Below are positions 12,062-23,700 of a stretch of 64,000 nt of DNA, in pieces. A program made the translations under genes and the position numbers. Positions within the stretch are counted from its first letter, which is position 1. Each line of letters opens with the position of its first letter. The notes under the pieces were generated by a model, which saw only the letters and a list, made by a program, of their open reading frames with translations, searched no databases and was not told where the DNA came from. Origin of the DNA: Lama guanicoe. Lineage: Eukaryota. The DNA is taken from contig MU056029.1 in assembly GCA_013239625.1 (NCBI GenBank), positions 992,001 to 1,056,000 on the forward strand, written 5' to 3'.

Positions 12062-13238
12062 AAGCTGTGGATGAGGAAGGTCAGTTTTGCAGACGGTGAG
12101 TTCAGTGCGTCGGAGGGAACATGAGCCTGCGTAGGGGGAGAGCTCACTGGTGGTGATGAGGGAGGACGGAGGACAGGGGTGCTGGTTTGGAAGTCCTGGG
12201 AAGTTCACAGAGAGTAGGCTGGATAGAGACCCTCGGAGGTGGATGGGCCTGTCAAGTTAACAGTCACGCCCCCGCGTCACCATGAACTTCAGGTTGGTGA
12301 TGCACTTTAACTGAAACATGCAAAGTTTTGGTGGCAGAACAAGATGGAAACACATTAGCAGGAGCAGCTAAAGGATGTTCAATTTAAATATAACCCTCCA
12401 AATGACATTCTTATGGAAATAGAAGAGTTTCATCTGCTTCCTTCTGGGTTTCAAAGCCCTCATCCTACGCCTGAGTCGTGAAGTCTAGCACTCCTCTCCC
12501 ATCTCCCTTCCAGCTGGTGTTCACGTGGGCTGCTGTGAGGCGGGAGGCACCGCCACGTGTCAGCTGGCCCTGGGAATCCAGCTGTCATTCACAGTCTGCA
12601 GGCTCGGGATCAGGGTCTAATTTGGGGCTCTGCTGCTCTCCACACCATCAGTGGCCACCTCTTGATATGGGTCTTGGGTGTTTGCTGAGGTGGCTTGGGT
12701 GGATGGGGGGTGGAGGGCTTAGGGAGCAGAGGGAGAAAAAGCAGGAGTGCTTAAACCCACATCTGCTGCGTGTGCTGTGCCTTCTACAGCCAGGGCACCG
12801 TTACACCCGTGGGGACACTGGTCAGTATCCCGTTTCATTCTCCCGCAGAGAAGGAAGAGGCAGAGGAAGGAATGGTGATGGGACAGGTACAAGCCCCCTC
12901 TGCTCTCATGTGCTGCTGGGGGGCAGCTAAAGGGAGGCTGCACCATCAGGGGACCATGGGGCTGACTCTGGGGGGTGCAGTGGGGAGCACTGTGCCCATG
13001 AACAGTCAGCGTGCTCTAACCCACAGCAGGTGCCAGGCGATGTGTTCTCTCAGCTCACTGCAACACAAGGCAGGGGTTATGGCTAGTCTCAGGAATGTCT
13101 CAAGGAAGTAACGTTTAGAGAGCTCAAATAATTGGCCTCCCCGCCCCCTACTCCACTGAACACAAGGAACCATAGGAAGTGGGATGTGAAGCTGGAGTGG
13201 CTCTCAGCCTCACAGCTCTGGGGCGAGATTCTCTGAAG

Positions 13239-13272
13239 CACACAAACACACACACATACACACACACACACA
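13239..13272. repeat. Imperfect (CA)n microsatellite
   Basis: cacacaaacacacacacatacacacacacacaca. Confidence 0.85.
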
Positions 13273-13878
13273 AAGCATCTGGTGGCGGAGACCTGCAAGG
13301 ACGTCCTGGAGAGTGGAGAATGTGGCCATGTGCAGGAACGTGTTTTTGAAGGGGAGCCGTAAGGACTAAGCACCACTAAAGCCCTCATCCCTGCAGACAC
13401 TGAGCTGAGCTGCTACGAAGGCAGACGCCTTGGGAAGGTCTGTTTCCTCCAACAGGTCCCAGACAAGTTGCTGGTTTTCACATCGGGAATGATGTGGCCT
13501 GGACCACACAGCACAGCCATGAGGAGATGCACTTTGTGTGGGGTGGAGAGTCTTCCAGGATTGGAATTCTGAGGCTGTAAAAGCTCCAGGAATTCACAGA
13601 GATCTAGATGGCAGTGGGCTAGGGGTGGAAGGCGGGAGACCCTGGGCTCCTCAGGAAATGTAAGGTGGAGGTAGACTCAGGCGACTCCTGGAGGAAACAC
13701 GCTGTGAGAAGGAGCAGGGAGATGAGGCAGGGCTGCAGGGGGTGGAGCCCTGTGCCACTGGGGCAGGAGACCCTGAAATGAGACACACAGCAGTGCTGCT
13801 CACAGACTCAGTCCCCCACTGATTTGATGAGCCCCAGGATGGCACAAGCAGAGGAAAAGGTGGAGAAAGGGGTGGCCC

Positions 13879-14519
13879 TGTCAGAGCAGGCAGGTAGCTA
13901 GATATAAGCAGAGAAGGGGGGACTCAGGCCAAATGGCAGGAATTGGGCAGAAAGGAGGGGACAGAGCCAAATGCAAGAAACCCTACGTCATGTAAACACC
14001 AGGGGTCCCTGGGCAGAGAAAGAAAAGCAGGGACCACTGGGCTGATAAGCGGTCACACATTTTGGGGTGACAAGTGACCTAGAGGCTGACAAAGAAAGGT
14101 GGGAAAAGGCAGGGATCACCAGCATCCAAAAGTAACCTTTGGCTCATTATGCCCTCATTTCAATAAAATTAGGCTGGCAGATCAGAAGTACCCATCATGC
14201 ACCAACACCATAACACTTCTGATTCAGACTAAATAAGGACAAAAACCCCTCCTCCCCTCAGGAAGGTGGAGTTGGGATGGAAATCAGGGAATATGACCCC
14301 AAAACCTTCCCTCCCCAGTGAATATTCCACCCATTCATTTTTACACCCTATGTAACCAACTTGCCAAAGAACTCAGGGCAGCCGCTCACCTGAGCCTGCC
14401 CGCTCTCCCCTTGAGAGCGCACTATCCATCCCTTAATAAGTCCCCACTTCACTGTCTCAACCTCCCTGTCTCGTCTCAATTCTTTCTACAGCAGGACAAA
14501 AACCTAAGCACCAGCAACA
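13879..14519 (+). mobile_element. ERV1-type solo LTR, family A
   Basis: TG...CA termini (TGTCAGAGCAGG...CCAGCAACA) with a perfect 4-bp TSD GCCC (13875-13878 and 14520-14523). A polyA-signal-like aataag lies near the 3' end, and the element is homologous to 16175-16726. Confidence 0.9.
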
Positions 14520-16174
14520 GCCCTACAGGGGGTTAAGCCTTCCTTGCCTTGTTCCTTGGGTGTCCCCCCCAAATGTGGTGCCGCTGAGAGAGACCCAGGA
14601 CAGAAGGAAAGGGGTTGCACATGGCTGAGACTCTGAAGTGGCATTTCTCAAAAAAGGGCTTTTGGTGTGCAGAGGGTCACGGGGATTAGAACCAGGCAGC
14701 ACCGGTGAGTGGTTTGATATTGATGGTGAGCAGTTGGGTCTCCACTCCTGGACCTTGGTCAAGATCACTGTGTCCGTTTCACCTTTCCTGCTCTGTGACG
14801 TGATCCACCCGGGTGCCAGGAGGAGTCTTTAGGTCCCAGGCATGGAAATCTCTCAGATGCCAGGGTGAGAGGAGATCCTGCTTGTCCCCTCCTTCCCTGC
14901 CTCCACCTTTTGCAGGGAGACTAAAGCTCTCGGAGTCAGAGATTGGGGAGGAGTGGGGAGGAGGGAGGAGCTGAGTGTGGGGAGGGGAGGGATGTGGGAG
15001 AAGTGGGATCTGGGAGCAGCGGGCATGAGGGGATGGTGGGCACTGGGGAGCAGCAGTCCCCTCTCTAGGGCCAGGGGCTGACTTAGACTGACTCACACAG
15101 AGAAGAGGCAGATGGTCTCCAGGCACTGGTTCTTGGCTGTGGCACAACCAGCCACATCAGCACATCTAGGCAGAGCGTGCTGACAGAAGAAAGAGGGGGT
15201 ACCAGCCTGGAGAGCAGGGCTTACAGAAACAGCAGCTGCCAAGGGGCTGCGGTCACAGGGCTCCGTGACCCAGAGCGGCAGAATCCCTTCTTCTGCAGCG
15301 GGGACACCCACGGACTCTGCTCCCCACATTGCCCCCACGTTCTTCAGACCTGGTGGGGCATCTAGCTCACAAAGCTCCTTTTGGTCATAATTTGATATCA
15401 CTTGACTTTAGAAGGCAGTGCTTTGGGTGAGAGTTGAGACTTGTAGTACTTCGCATGTGTATTTATAAATACCCTCCTAGAATTAATCAGTTGACACACT
15501 GCTTGTGTGCTCACGAACGCTGACTCACATCCATTGTGTTAGCAGGTGTATCAACAGCCCTGGGAGCCCTGAGAACCCCCGGTCTCCCGTTGAGGTACAG
15601 ATGCAGGGGCTGCCACCGGACGCTGGGGAGGCCCTGAGAACAGGCTTCGCTTTCCTAAGACATGCGATTCAGTGGAGAGCAGTCAGGCAGTGTGGAGGAA
15701 AATCCAAGTGCACCTTCATCCAGAAGTGCCCGGGCCACTCACAGAACTGGGACTCTCCGGGGAATAAACGTACACACGTCAAGGTAAGCTACTCAGTTAT
15801 AGTTGGCTTGAACTATTTTAGTTCATCAAGATAATTAGGTAAGATAAAATGTCTTTTTCTCTCCATACTATAAAAGGTTTATAGTGAACTTGGGATCAGC
15901 ATGAAGAAATACAGAGGAACTGTACTCAACGCCAATAGGCTTTAAAAAAATCTTACAAACAAAAGCATTCCATTGAAGGGCCATTTATTCCCCCGGGCTG
16001 CTTTAAGGGGTGGGAAAGTCCTTTGATAACTCAATGAAGCCATGGGTCCTTTCCTCGCTCTCTCTGTTGACGTGTGTGTATTCAACCAAACAGCATGGAA
16101 CACTCCAGTCCACTGCTAGGCTGCTTCCTACGGGCTGTGCGCTGCCTTCGCAAGGGGAGAGCAGATACTAGCAG

Positions 16175-16726
16175 TGTTGTTGGTGAGTGTGCTCTTGTCT
16201 TGAACCAGAAGGAATTCAGAAACAAGACATGGAGGTCAAGAAAGCAAAGCAAGGATTTATTAAGGGATGGGTGGTAGGCTCTCAAGGAAAGAGCGGGCAG
16301 ACCCAGGTGAGTAGCTGCCCTGACTTCCTCTAGCAGGCTGGTTTTATGGGTATAAAAGTGAATGGGCAGAATATTCGTTGGCAGGGAGGGTTTTGGAGCC
16401 GTCTTTCCTGATTTTCATCCCAGCTCTACCTTCTTAGATGGGGAAGGAGGGGTTTTTTACCCTTAATTAGTCTTGATCGGGAAGTCAGGTGAAGTCATAA
16501 TGAACAAAGGTTCCATTCAGATGGTGGAGAGTCCTGTCTTATCCCACCTTTCTTTGCCCCTAGGACACTTGTCAACCCAGAACGTATGACGACTTATCAG
16601 CCCAGAGGTTCATGTTTTTCTTTGCCTGTCCAAGGACCCCCGTTGTTTACAAGATGTATGGTTTCCTGCCATTTGGCCCGTATCCTCTTTTCTTTGCTCA
16701 TATCTAGCTACTTGCCTGCTCTATCA
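16175..16726 (-). mobile_element. ERV1-type solo LTR, family A (inverted relative to 13879-14519)
   Basis: The minus strand begins TGATAGAGCAGGCAAGTAGCTAGATATGAGCA (compare TGTCAGAGCAGGCAGGTAGCTAGATATAAGCA). AATAAA is on the minus strand, and the flanks GCAG/GTAG form a TSD with one mismatch. Confidence 0.88.
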
Positions 16727-17678
16727 GTAGGTGGAGTTCCATAAGTTTGTAAGTCATTTGCTTATAACGTTTTCTCATTGCAAAAATATGACACAAGGGT
16801 TGTTAGATTTTATGCTGGATTATAAAACTCCATTTCATGCAAGAGTCAGAAGCCAGAGTTTCTGGGGAAGACACCAGCCCAGTGCAGCGTCCCATGGTTG
16901 GGAGCTAGTGGGTTGAGGAAGCTGCAGGTGTGGCAGGGAGAGGCAGTGACAGGGGACAGGTGGACAGTTCAAGGGGGCTGGGACAGGATGCTGGCACTAG
17001 AAGCTCCAGGGGCAGCCCCAAGCGCTGGGGGTGGGAACAGGCATTCTTGAACATGAGGCAATCAGGAGCCAAGCATTTATGCACAGGTCCTTTGACAATC
17101 TCCTGACAGTATATGCCAACAGCATCCGTAACAACAAATCAGAACAAAATAAAACCTCAGCCCTTCTTTCAGGATATAATTCAAGCAGCTCCAATAAACT
17201 GCAATAGGAGATAAACAACAAAGTTTCTTTCCGCTTGTGGAAATTTCTTGGTATTTATCGCATTAAAATGACAAGAATACATATTTGAAAGTGGAAATAT
17301 TGCTCATTATTCTGCAATTAGGTAACTGACTAGATTTCCTCAGCACAGGAAATGAAAAAACAATTTCCTTACCCGAGAAAGAAATGCAATCTCCAAGCCA
17401 AATTTAAATATTCAACTGCAGCTGTGAAAGCCACAGGACACCTGCATTTGCATCTGGTTCAGCAAGTTTATGAGACAAAAGCTCACAGGTGAGCTGTTCT
17501 CAAGTCAGGGAAGATGGAAAACGGGTTTGAGAAGCTTACATAAGCCCGAGGTGGTGGAAGCTTCCTTTGCAGGCATCTCTGAGACTAACTTCAGGCTGGG
17601 GGAATCTTGGGATTTCAATTAACAAAGTTCATTTAGAAAATTCTAATCCGTTCCTTTTAGTGGCCTAAGAATGAGTAT

Positions 17679-18180
17679 TGTGAATGAAGAATGTTGCCTT
17701 CAGTATCAGTAAACAAAGGATGTTGCAGCTGTTAAGCCTCTACACCTGCCCTGGAAGGTCAGTCCAGAGGGAACTCAGGATGCAGACAAGTAGGCAGCCA
17801 GGCTCCTGCAGCCACCCCCAAGGTGCCCCCAGAGGGGACTCAGGGTGAGAAATCACAGGACACTGGCCCTAGATGCTAGGTGCATCTCAAAGGAATGATT
17901 TCCATAAGCCCAGACTTTTTCACCTTTCCATACATAGAAAAGTGCTGAATTCCTTAACTTGAAATATCTGGTTTTCTTTAATTAACAGTAATCTTTTGAT
18001 GTTCTGACTACCTGGTCTTTGTTGCAAGAACTCCTATATATCCTGGCTCCTCCCATGCCACTTCAAAGCAGTCCCTTAGAGCTATCTGAGAGGCTGTCTC
18101 CCTGGCTTGAAATCCTCAGAAATTCCACCAAATAAAATATAAATCTCAACTCTTAGTTTGTGCATTTTTTTCAGTCGACA
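17679..18180 (+). mobile_element. ERV1-type solo LTR, family B
   Basis: TGTGAATGAAG...CAGTCGACA with a perfect 4-bp TSD GTAT (17675-17678 and 18181-18184), a TATA-like ctatatat and AATAAA at 18131. Confidence 0.9.
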
Positions 18181-18346
18181 GTATCTAACACTACATCCAC
18201 CTCCCTTCTCACTAAAGACGTTGCTAGTACCTAGGTTTCCACTTGTTGAGTCCAAGTGGTGGTCTGTGGGAAGGAAGCCGGACCACCTCCTTCTGAGCCT
18301 CTCTCCTCCTCCCTCCCTCTGCTCCAAGTCTTCATGGAGTATCTAC

Positions 18347-18821
18347 TGTTGATTAAAAAATGCACAACCTGAAACCTGAGAGTTATGTTTTATTTGGTGG
18401 ACTTTCTGAGGACTTGAGCCCGGGAAGCAGCCTTCAGATTGCTCTAAGAGATTGTTTCGCCCAGGCAAGGGAGGTCCCAAGATAGAGAGGAGTTTTTGCC
18501 ACAAAGACCATGTAGTCAGAACATCCAAAGATTACTGTTAATTAAAGAAAACCAGACAACCCAAGTTAAGGAACTGAGCACCTTTCTATGTACGGGAAGG
18601 TGCAAAGGTCTGAGCTCATGGAAATCATTCCTTTGAGGTGCACCTCACTATCAAGGGCCAGCCTCCTGTTCTTCCACATCCTGAGTCTCCTCAGGGCGCA
18701 CCTTTGGGAGTGGTGGGCATCCTGCTTCCATCCTGAGTTCCCTTGGGCTCAAGTAGGTGACAGCTTGATGGCTGCAACATCTTTTGTTTACTGATACGGC
18801 AGGTGGCATTCTTGATCCACA
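18347..18821 (-). mobile_element. ERV1-type solo LTR, family B (inverted relative to 17679-18180)
   Basis: The reverse complement aligns to the 17679 LTR (for example ctggttttctttaattaacagtaatcttt). TG/CA termini are present, but no matching TSD is evident (CTAC/GCAG). Confidence 0.85.
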
Positions 18822-19589
18822 GCAGACATAAAGTGGAACCAAGTAAAATGAAAGTGATTAGGAGAAGGCCCTCTGGACTCAGACGTGCCCGAGTCTCAAG
18901 TCTGCCTCCTACTGACTGGGCAAACAGGGGCGCCTTTCCCTGTTCTAAGCCCACCTCCCCACCCGGGGAAGTCGCCTGTCACACACTCCGAAGTGCTTAG
19001 CGCCACGGAGGGCACACCCCAGGGGCCACGCCATGTATACCAGTCCAAAGGTAGTGTACATTTAAGGACTATCTACTTTGTCTGAAGCTGGCAGGCGAGG
19101 AAGCTGATGTGGGAATGTGCAGGAAGGTCACTGAGAGCTTTTGGTCTTCATACAGCCATTATACTTGCCAAAAGGCTCACAGTCTATATTTTTTATTCAT
19201 CCACCTAAGCACTAAATATATTCAGGAAATGAAACCAGTCGCGTCTGTATGAAATCTGGAAAAGCTGATGAAAATAGTTACAAGTTTCCCCAGTCCTCTA
19301 AAGCCATCTGAAAAACGGGCACAGACAGAAATCACGTTGAAAATATGCTTTTTTTTCATATATGAACAGATACCAGAGATGTTTTTCTGGAGTCCAGTAC
19401 ATCTGAAATGTAAAATGATTATACTGACCTACATTCAAAGGACAAAAATACATCATATCAGAAGAAATTCAGAATTCAACCTAAACCAACGAGAACCAGG
19501 AAAAGAGTGATGTCCTCGGTTAAATCAATCTCCAGCAGAGCGAGTTTGCAGGGGGTGGTGGGCAGGATGCCTCAGACCACCGGGTCAGC

Positions 19590-19750
19590 TTCTCAGCCTG
19601 TGCCTTACCCGGGAAAGTTACCTAATCACTCAGCCTCAGCAACTTCTGGTGGAAAAATGAAAGTACAAATGCTCGTTTTATAAAAGTGCTCTAGCAATTA
19701 ATTGAGCTAACAATGCTTAACCCAGTGCTTGGCTCATCAAAAGCATGTGG
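19590..19750 (+). mobile_element. MIR-like SINE remnant
   Basis: gttacctaatcactcagcctcag...aaaatg...cttaacccagtgcttggctcat resembles the MIR core and tail. Confidence 0.5.
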
Positions 19751-20351
19751 AAAATTACACATTCTGTTCTTTGATCCCAGAGCAGGGCCAGTCATCCTCT
19801 CAAAAGCACCCCCAGCACCCGAAGGAAGGGGATCCTCTTTAGCAGGTGGGCCCCCAGCCCTTTGCTTCCCACCACGGAGTACAGACCCAACTCCAAAAAC
19901 CCCGCTATGAGCTATTATCCCAAGATGCCAGTAAGAAAGACTCAGCTTGACGCCTTAGTGTAGAATTCTCTGCGCCATCTGAACAAAGCAGGCCTCACAC
20001 TTTGCTTCTAAAATCCCAAGGTCCACCTTCTAGTCAATATTCAAAACGCAAAAGACACAAGCTTGTTTCCTGAAATGTATCAGGTCACTAGCTTGTCCAT
20101 AAAACATTTTTTTTCTGCTGTGAAAATATTTTGAAATTTCACATTAAAATTAAACACAAATTTTAAAGTAGCTACAGCACTAATAAAAATATCAAACCAG
20201 CCATGCTGCCGGGCCTGACCTGCTATGGCTGACCTGACCCCCAGGGGCCCCAGGGCTCACCTCCCCCCAGCCCTCCCCATCGTACAGTCAGTTGACCCCT
20301 CTGTATACAAAGAACATTTTTCACTGTGTCCCCTCCACAGACACCCCCCCA

Positions 20352-20562
20352 ACTTTCTTTTTTTAATTGAAGTTGATTTACAGTGTTGTGTGAGCTTCTG
20401 GTGCACAGAATAGTGATTCGGTTTATACATGTGTATATATATTCTTTTTCATTGCAGGTTATTACAAGCTATTGAATATAGTTCCCTGTGCTATATACAG
20501 TAGGGCCTTATTGTTTCTTTATTCTGTATTTAGTATCTGCTAATCCCAACTCCTAATTTATC
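20352..20562 (-). mobile_element. Short 5'-truncated L1 3'UTR fragment
   Basis: A T-tract followed by aattgaagttgatttacagtgttgtg...attgaatatagttccctgtgctata, the same 3'UTR family as 3432-4008. Confidence 0.8.
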
Positions 20563-20579
20563 ACAGCTCCTTTTAATTC

Positions 20580-20935
20580 TCCCAAACTTGAGTATCTAGG
20601 CACCTGGAGCAGGAAACATCTCCTATTCTTAACTGCAGCCTCCAGATCCTTGTTCCTCCATCAGTGTCTCTGGGCCACTTATTTCCCTGAGATGCTGCCT
20701 TTTGGATCTTTCCATCCAGATGCCCCACGCACAAACCAAGTTCAGCATGTCTCGAATTAACTCCTCTTTCTACCCCAAATCTATTCTCCATTCTCTCACA
20801 GCATCTACATACATACTCTCTCAACCAAACCAAAAACCAAGGTTCTATACCAACCTCTTCTTTCTTTCATATGCAACATCCAACATTCATTCAGTCACTG
20901 GGTTCTGTTGATCCTGTTTCTTAAAGGCTTTTCAT
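20580..20935 (+). mobile_element. L2 fragment
   Basis: Pyrimidine-rich L2-like sequence (ttcagcatgtctcgaattaactcctc, atccaacattcattcagtcactgggttctg). Confidence 0.45.
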
Positions 20936-21320
20936 AGCTAGAACGGGGTCATGAGTTAGCAGCAGCCGGAGGACGGTGGAGAGTGTTTCCACTGATGTCC
21001 CTGCGACAAGGGGTTAGAGATGAGCCCTCGACTCCCAAACCCCTCCCCAGAAGAAGGTGTCCCCGTGTGTGGTGTCTAGAGGAGGCTGAGTCCCATACCA
21101 GACCTCAGAGAGATTGTGGGTTAAACAGAAGAACACACAAGAGGATCAGATGTCTCCCACTCCATATGGGAACAGATGTTCTAAGTCGGCACAAACATTG
21201 TATGAATGAGATTTTGGAATGTGCTTAGAAACTGGGGAGGAGTCATTTCATATTCCTCTTTATTTTAAAGGAGTGTTTATCTGAATAATACTCATTAAAG
21301 ACACAAAACTGTTCCAGAAA

Positions 21321-21322
<2 letters not shown>

Positions 21323-21362
<40 letters not shown>

Positions 21363-21365
21363 TGT
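21323..21365. repeat. (GT)n microsatellite
   Basis: About 20 GT units with one interruption. Confidence 0.95.
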
Positions 21366-22400
21366 AATCAGATACACAGCTTTATTTTCCAGGAACTACC
21401 TCTGATTTATGGGCCTCTAAAGGGGGTGCAATGACTCTTGAACGTGTCATCTATCCAAAGATGCTCCAAGAACTGGCTGTGAGAAACAGCCATAAACTAG
21501 TGCAAGGTGCCCTCAACACCTCCATATTTGAAAGCTACTCAAGCTAGGGGAATATTACACCTGAAGATGTGAGTGATGTGTCCACATTCTGACTGCAGGG
21601 CATTTCTTAAGCCTCTGTGCTCTTCCCTGGCCGGAGCATGGAGCCCGCAGATGACCGTGAAGCTAAAAATTCTACATCCTTAAATAGTGATGCTCATCTC
21701 TTGGGTTTCATGGTTTATAAGTTCTCATTATTAGATTTGCTGAACTGTGGGTCACCCTGAATCCCTTCAAGAGAGCAGAAAGGCAAAAAAAAAAAAAAAG
21801 CTTCAACAGAGAAAAGGGCATTTATTTAGCTTAAAATAAAGGATTAAGATTTCCAGTTTAAACCAAGAACCTCTCCAATAAACTGGTACTGTGGGAATTC
21901 AAATGTCCTTTGATTTTATATACGGACCTCAATAGCCATATTTAACAATGGATTTCCCCTCCACAAAGACAAACCCTGTAGACTGGCGATGCCACGCATT
22001 TTAAAGTCCTTCCAGTTTCTAAGAAGATGTGCTATTTTTAGGCAAGTCCATTCATTTCTGAGAGCAAATCTATTTCTGGGTTTTTCACCCAGAACTTGTT
22101 AGGTTCTGGCTATTAGACAAATGACAATACTAACAATATTACACTTCATATAGCTGAGAAAGACTGGCTTGGTAATGTTTTTGAATTGTTATTAAGTGCA
22201 GCAGAAACACGTGGATGGGCATCTCTGCATGGAGTTGCGTGGGGCAGTCCCAGCCTGCGGGCTGTTGTAACGAAAGCCCACACGGTCAGGAGGAAACCAG
22301 GGGGCAGGGCTTCATACAGCCAACCCGGCACGGTGCACAAGGTGGGAGACACACGAGGGCTCACCTTTAGATAGGAGGGGATGGCACTTGGTTCCTGCTT

Positions 22401-22867
22401 AAAAAAATTTATTGAGGTACAGTTGATTTATGATATTATATAAGTTTCAGGTATGTAACATAGTGATTCACCATTTTAAAACTTACAGTTATTATAAAAT
22501 ATTGGCTGCATTCTCTGTGCGGCACAACATAGCCTTGTTGTTTATTTACTTTATGCACAGTAGTTTGTGTCTCTTACACCCCTCGCCCTGCCTTGCTCCC
22601 GCTTCCCTCTTCTCGCCCTGACTGGTTTGTTCTCTACAGCTGTGAGTCTGCTTCCTTTCTGTCATATTCCCTAGTTTGTTTTAGAGTCCACATATTAGTG
22701 ATATATCACCCAGTGTTTGTCATTCTCTGTTTGACTTATGTCACTAAGCAGAATACCCTCCAAGTCCATCTACGTTGTTGCAAATGGTGAATTTTTGTTC
22801 TTTTTTATGGCTGAGTAGTGTTCCATTCCATATCTGTGTATACCACATGTCCTTTATCCATTCATGC
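22401..22867 (-). mobile_element. 5'-truncated L1 3' end with TSD
   Basis: Antisense L1 3'UTR (tttattgaggtacagttgattta...atggctgagtagtgttccatt) flanked by TCCTGCTT at 22393-22400 and 22868-22875. Confidence 0.8.
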
Positions 22868-22989
22868 TCCTGCTTCTTGCCCTGGGCCCCACTAATCGTG
22901 GACCTGCCTAGTCATGAGCAGTCAACTGTCTTTTGTCTTCAACTCATGAGATCTGTGTCTCCTGCCAGCCTCCATGGGAACTGTGGGTG

Positions 22990-23700
22990 AAATCCCAGAT
23001 CCCTCACTCTTCTTGCTTTTCTACCTGCCCAACTGGCCCATCTTCTCTGCTGCTCCTTCCAATCCTTCCTCTTCTTCCTAAGGCCACAGTGCCCAGGACG
23101 CCTCACACTGGGCCACCATCTCCGCACGCACTTAGTCACACCCTGGCGCCTTCTCTGCTACCTGCACTCACTTCGTTTGTGATCTCCTCTAGCTTCGGGG
23201 CTTCACGTCCTATTTCTATCTTTAGGATTCTCAAATTTACTCTCCAACTCAGTTTTTAAGTCAAACTCCAGAATCAACTCAACACACCCAGACTGAACTG
23301 CTAATGTTATCCTCAAAACAGATGCACTTAGAATCTTCCCCATTCACTCGGTCTACCACCATTCTTCCAGTAACTCCGGCCCAAACCTCCAATCGTTTCC
23401 ACTCCTCTCCTCTCTCACATGCTACATCAATCACAGGAAAGTCTGCTGACTCTGCATTAAAAGCGGACTATGGTCCAGCCACTTCTCATCACTGCTACGG
23501 CTGCCAGCCTGGGCAGACACCCTCCCTCTCCCCCTCTGCGCTACAGCAGCCTCAGGACCGCTTCCCTGCACCTGTTTTCTTCGATGGTCCTGTTAGCAAC
23601 ACAGCATCCAAGGTGATTTTTTTTAAAAACAGTTTAAATCAGCTCATTTGCTCCCGTGTTCAAAACCATACAGCGCCTCCTTATTTCACTACAATTGTGT
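22990..23700 (+). mobile_element. L2 fragment(s)
   Basis: Sense L2-like pyrimidine-rich sequence (ctcttcttgcttttctacctgcccaactggcc, ctcaaatttactctcc, tccagccacttctcatcactgc). Confidence 0.55.

Noticed and set aside
14944..15010. G-rich run as a functional G-quadruplex
   Set aside because: Such runs are common in GC-rich mammalian introns. This one lies on the template strand and has no supporting context.
18181..18346. Spacer inversion by recombination between the family-B LTRs, to explain the missing TSD of 18347-18821
   Set aside because: The left LTR keeps its perfect GTAT/GTAT duplication, and flipping the spacer does not restore a TSD for the right LTR. The mismatch remains unexplained.
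13879..18821. Full-length provirus between LTR pairs
   Set aside because: The paired LTRs are inverted and have different TSDs, and I recognised no PBS or gag/pol/env sequence between them.
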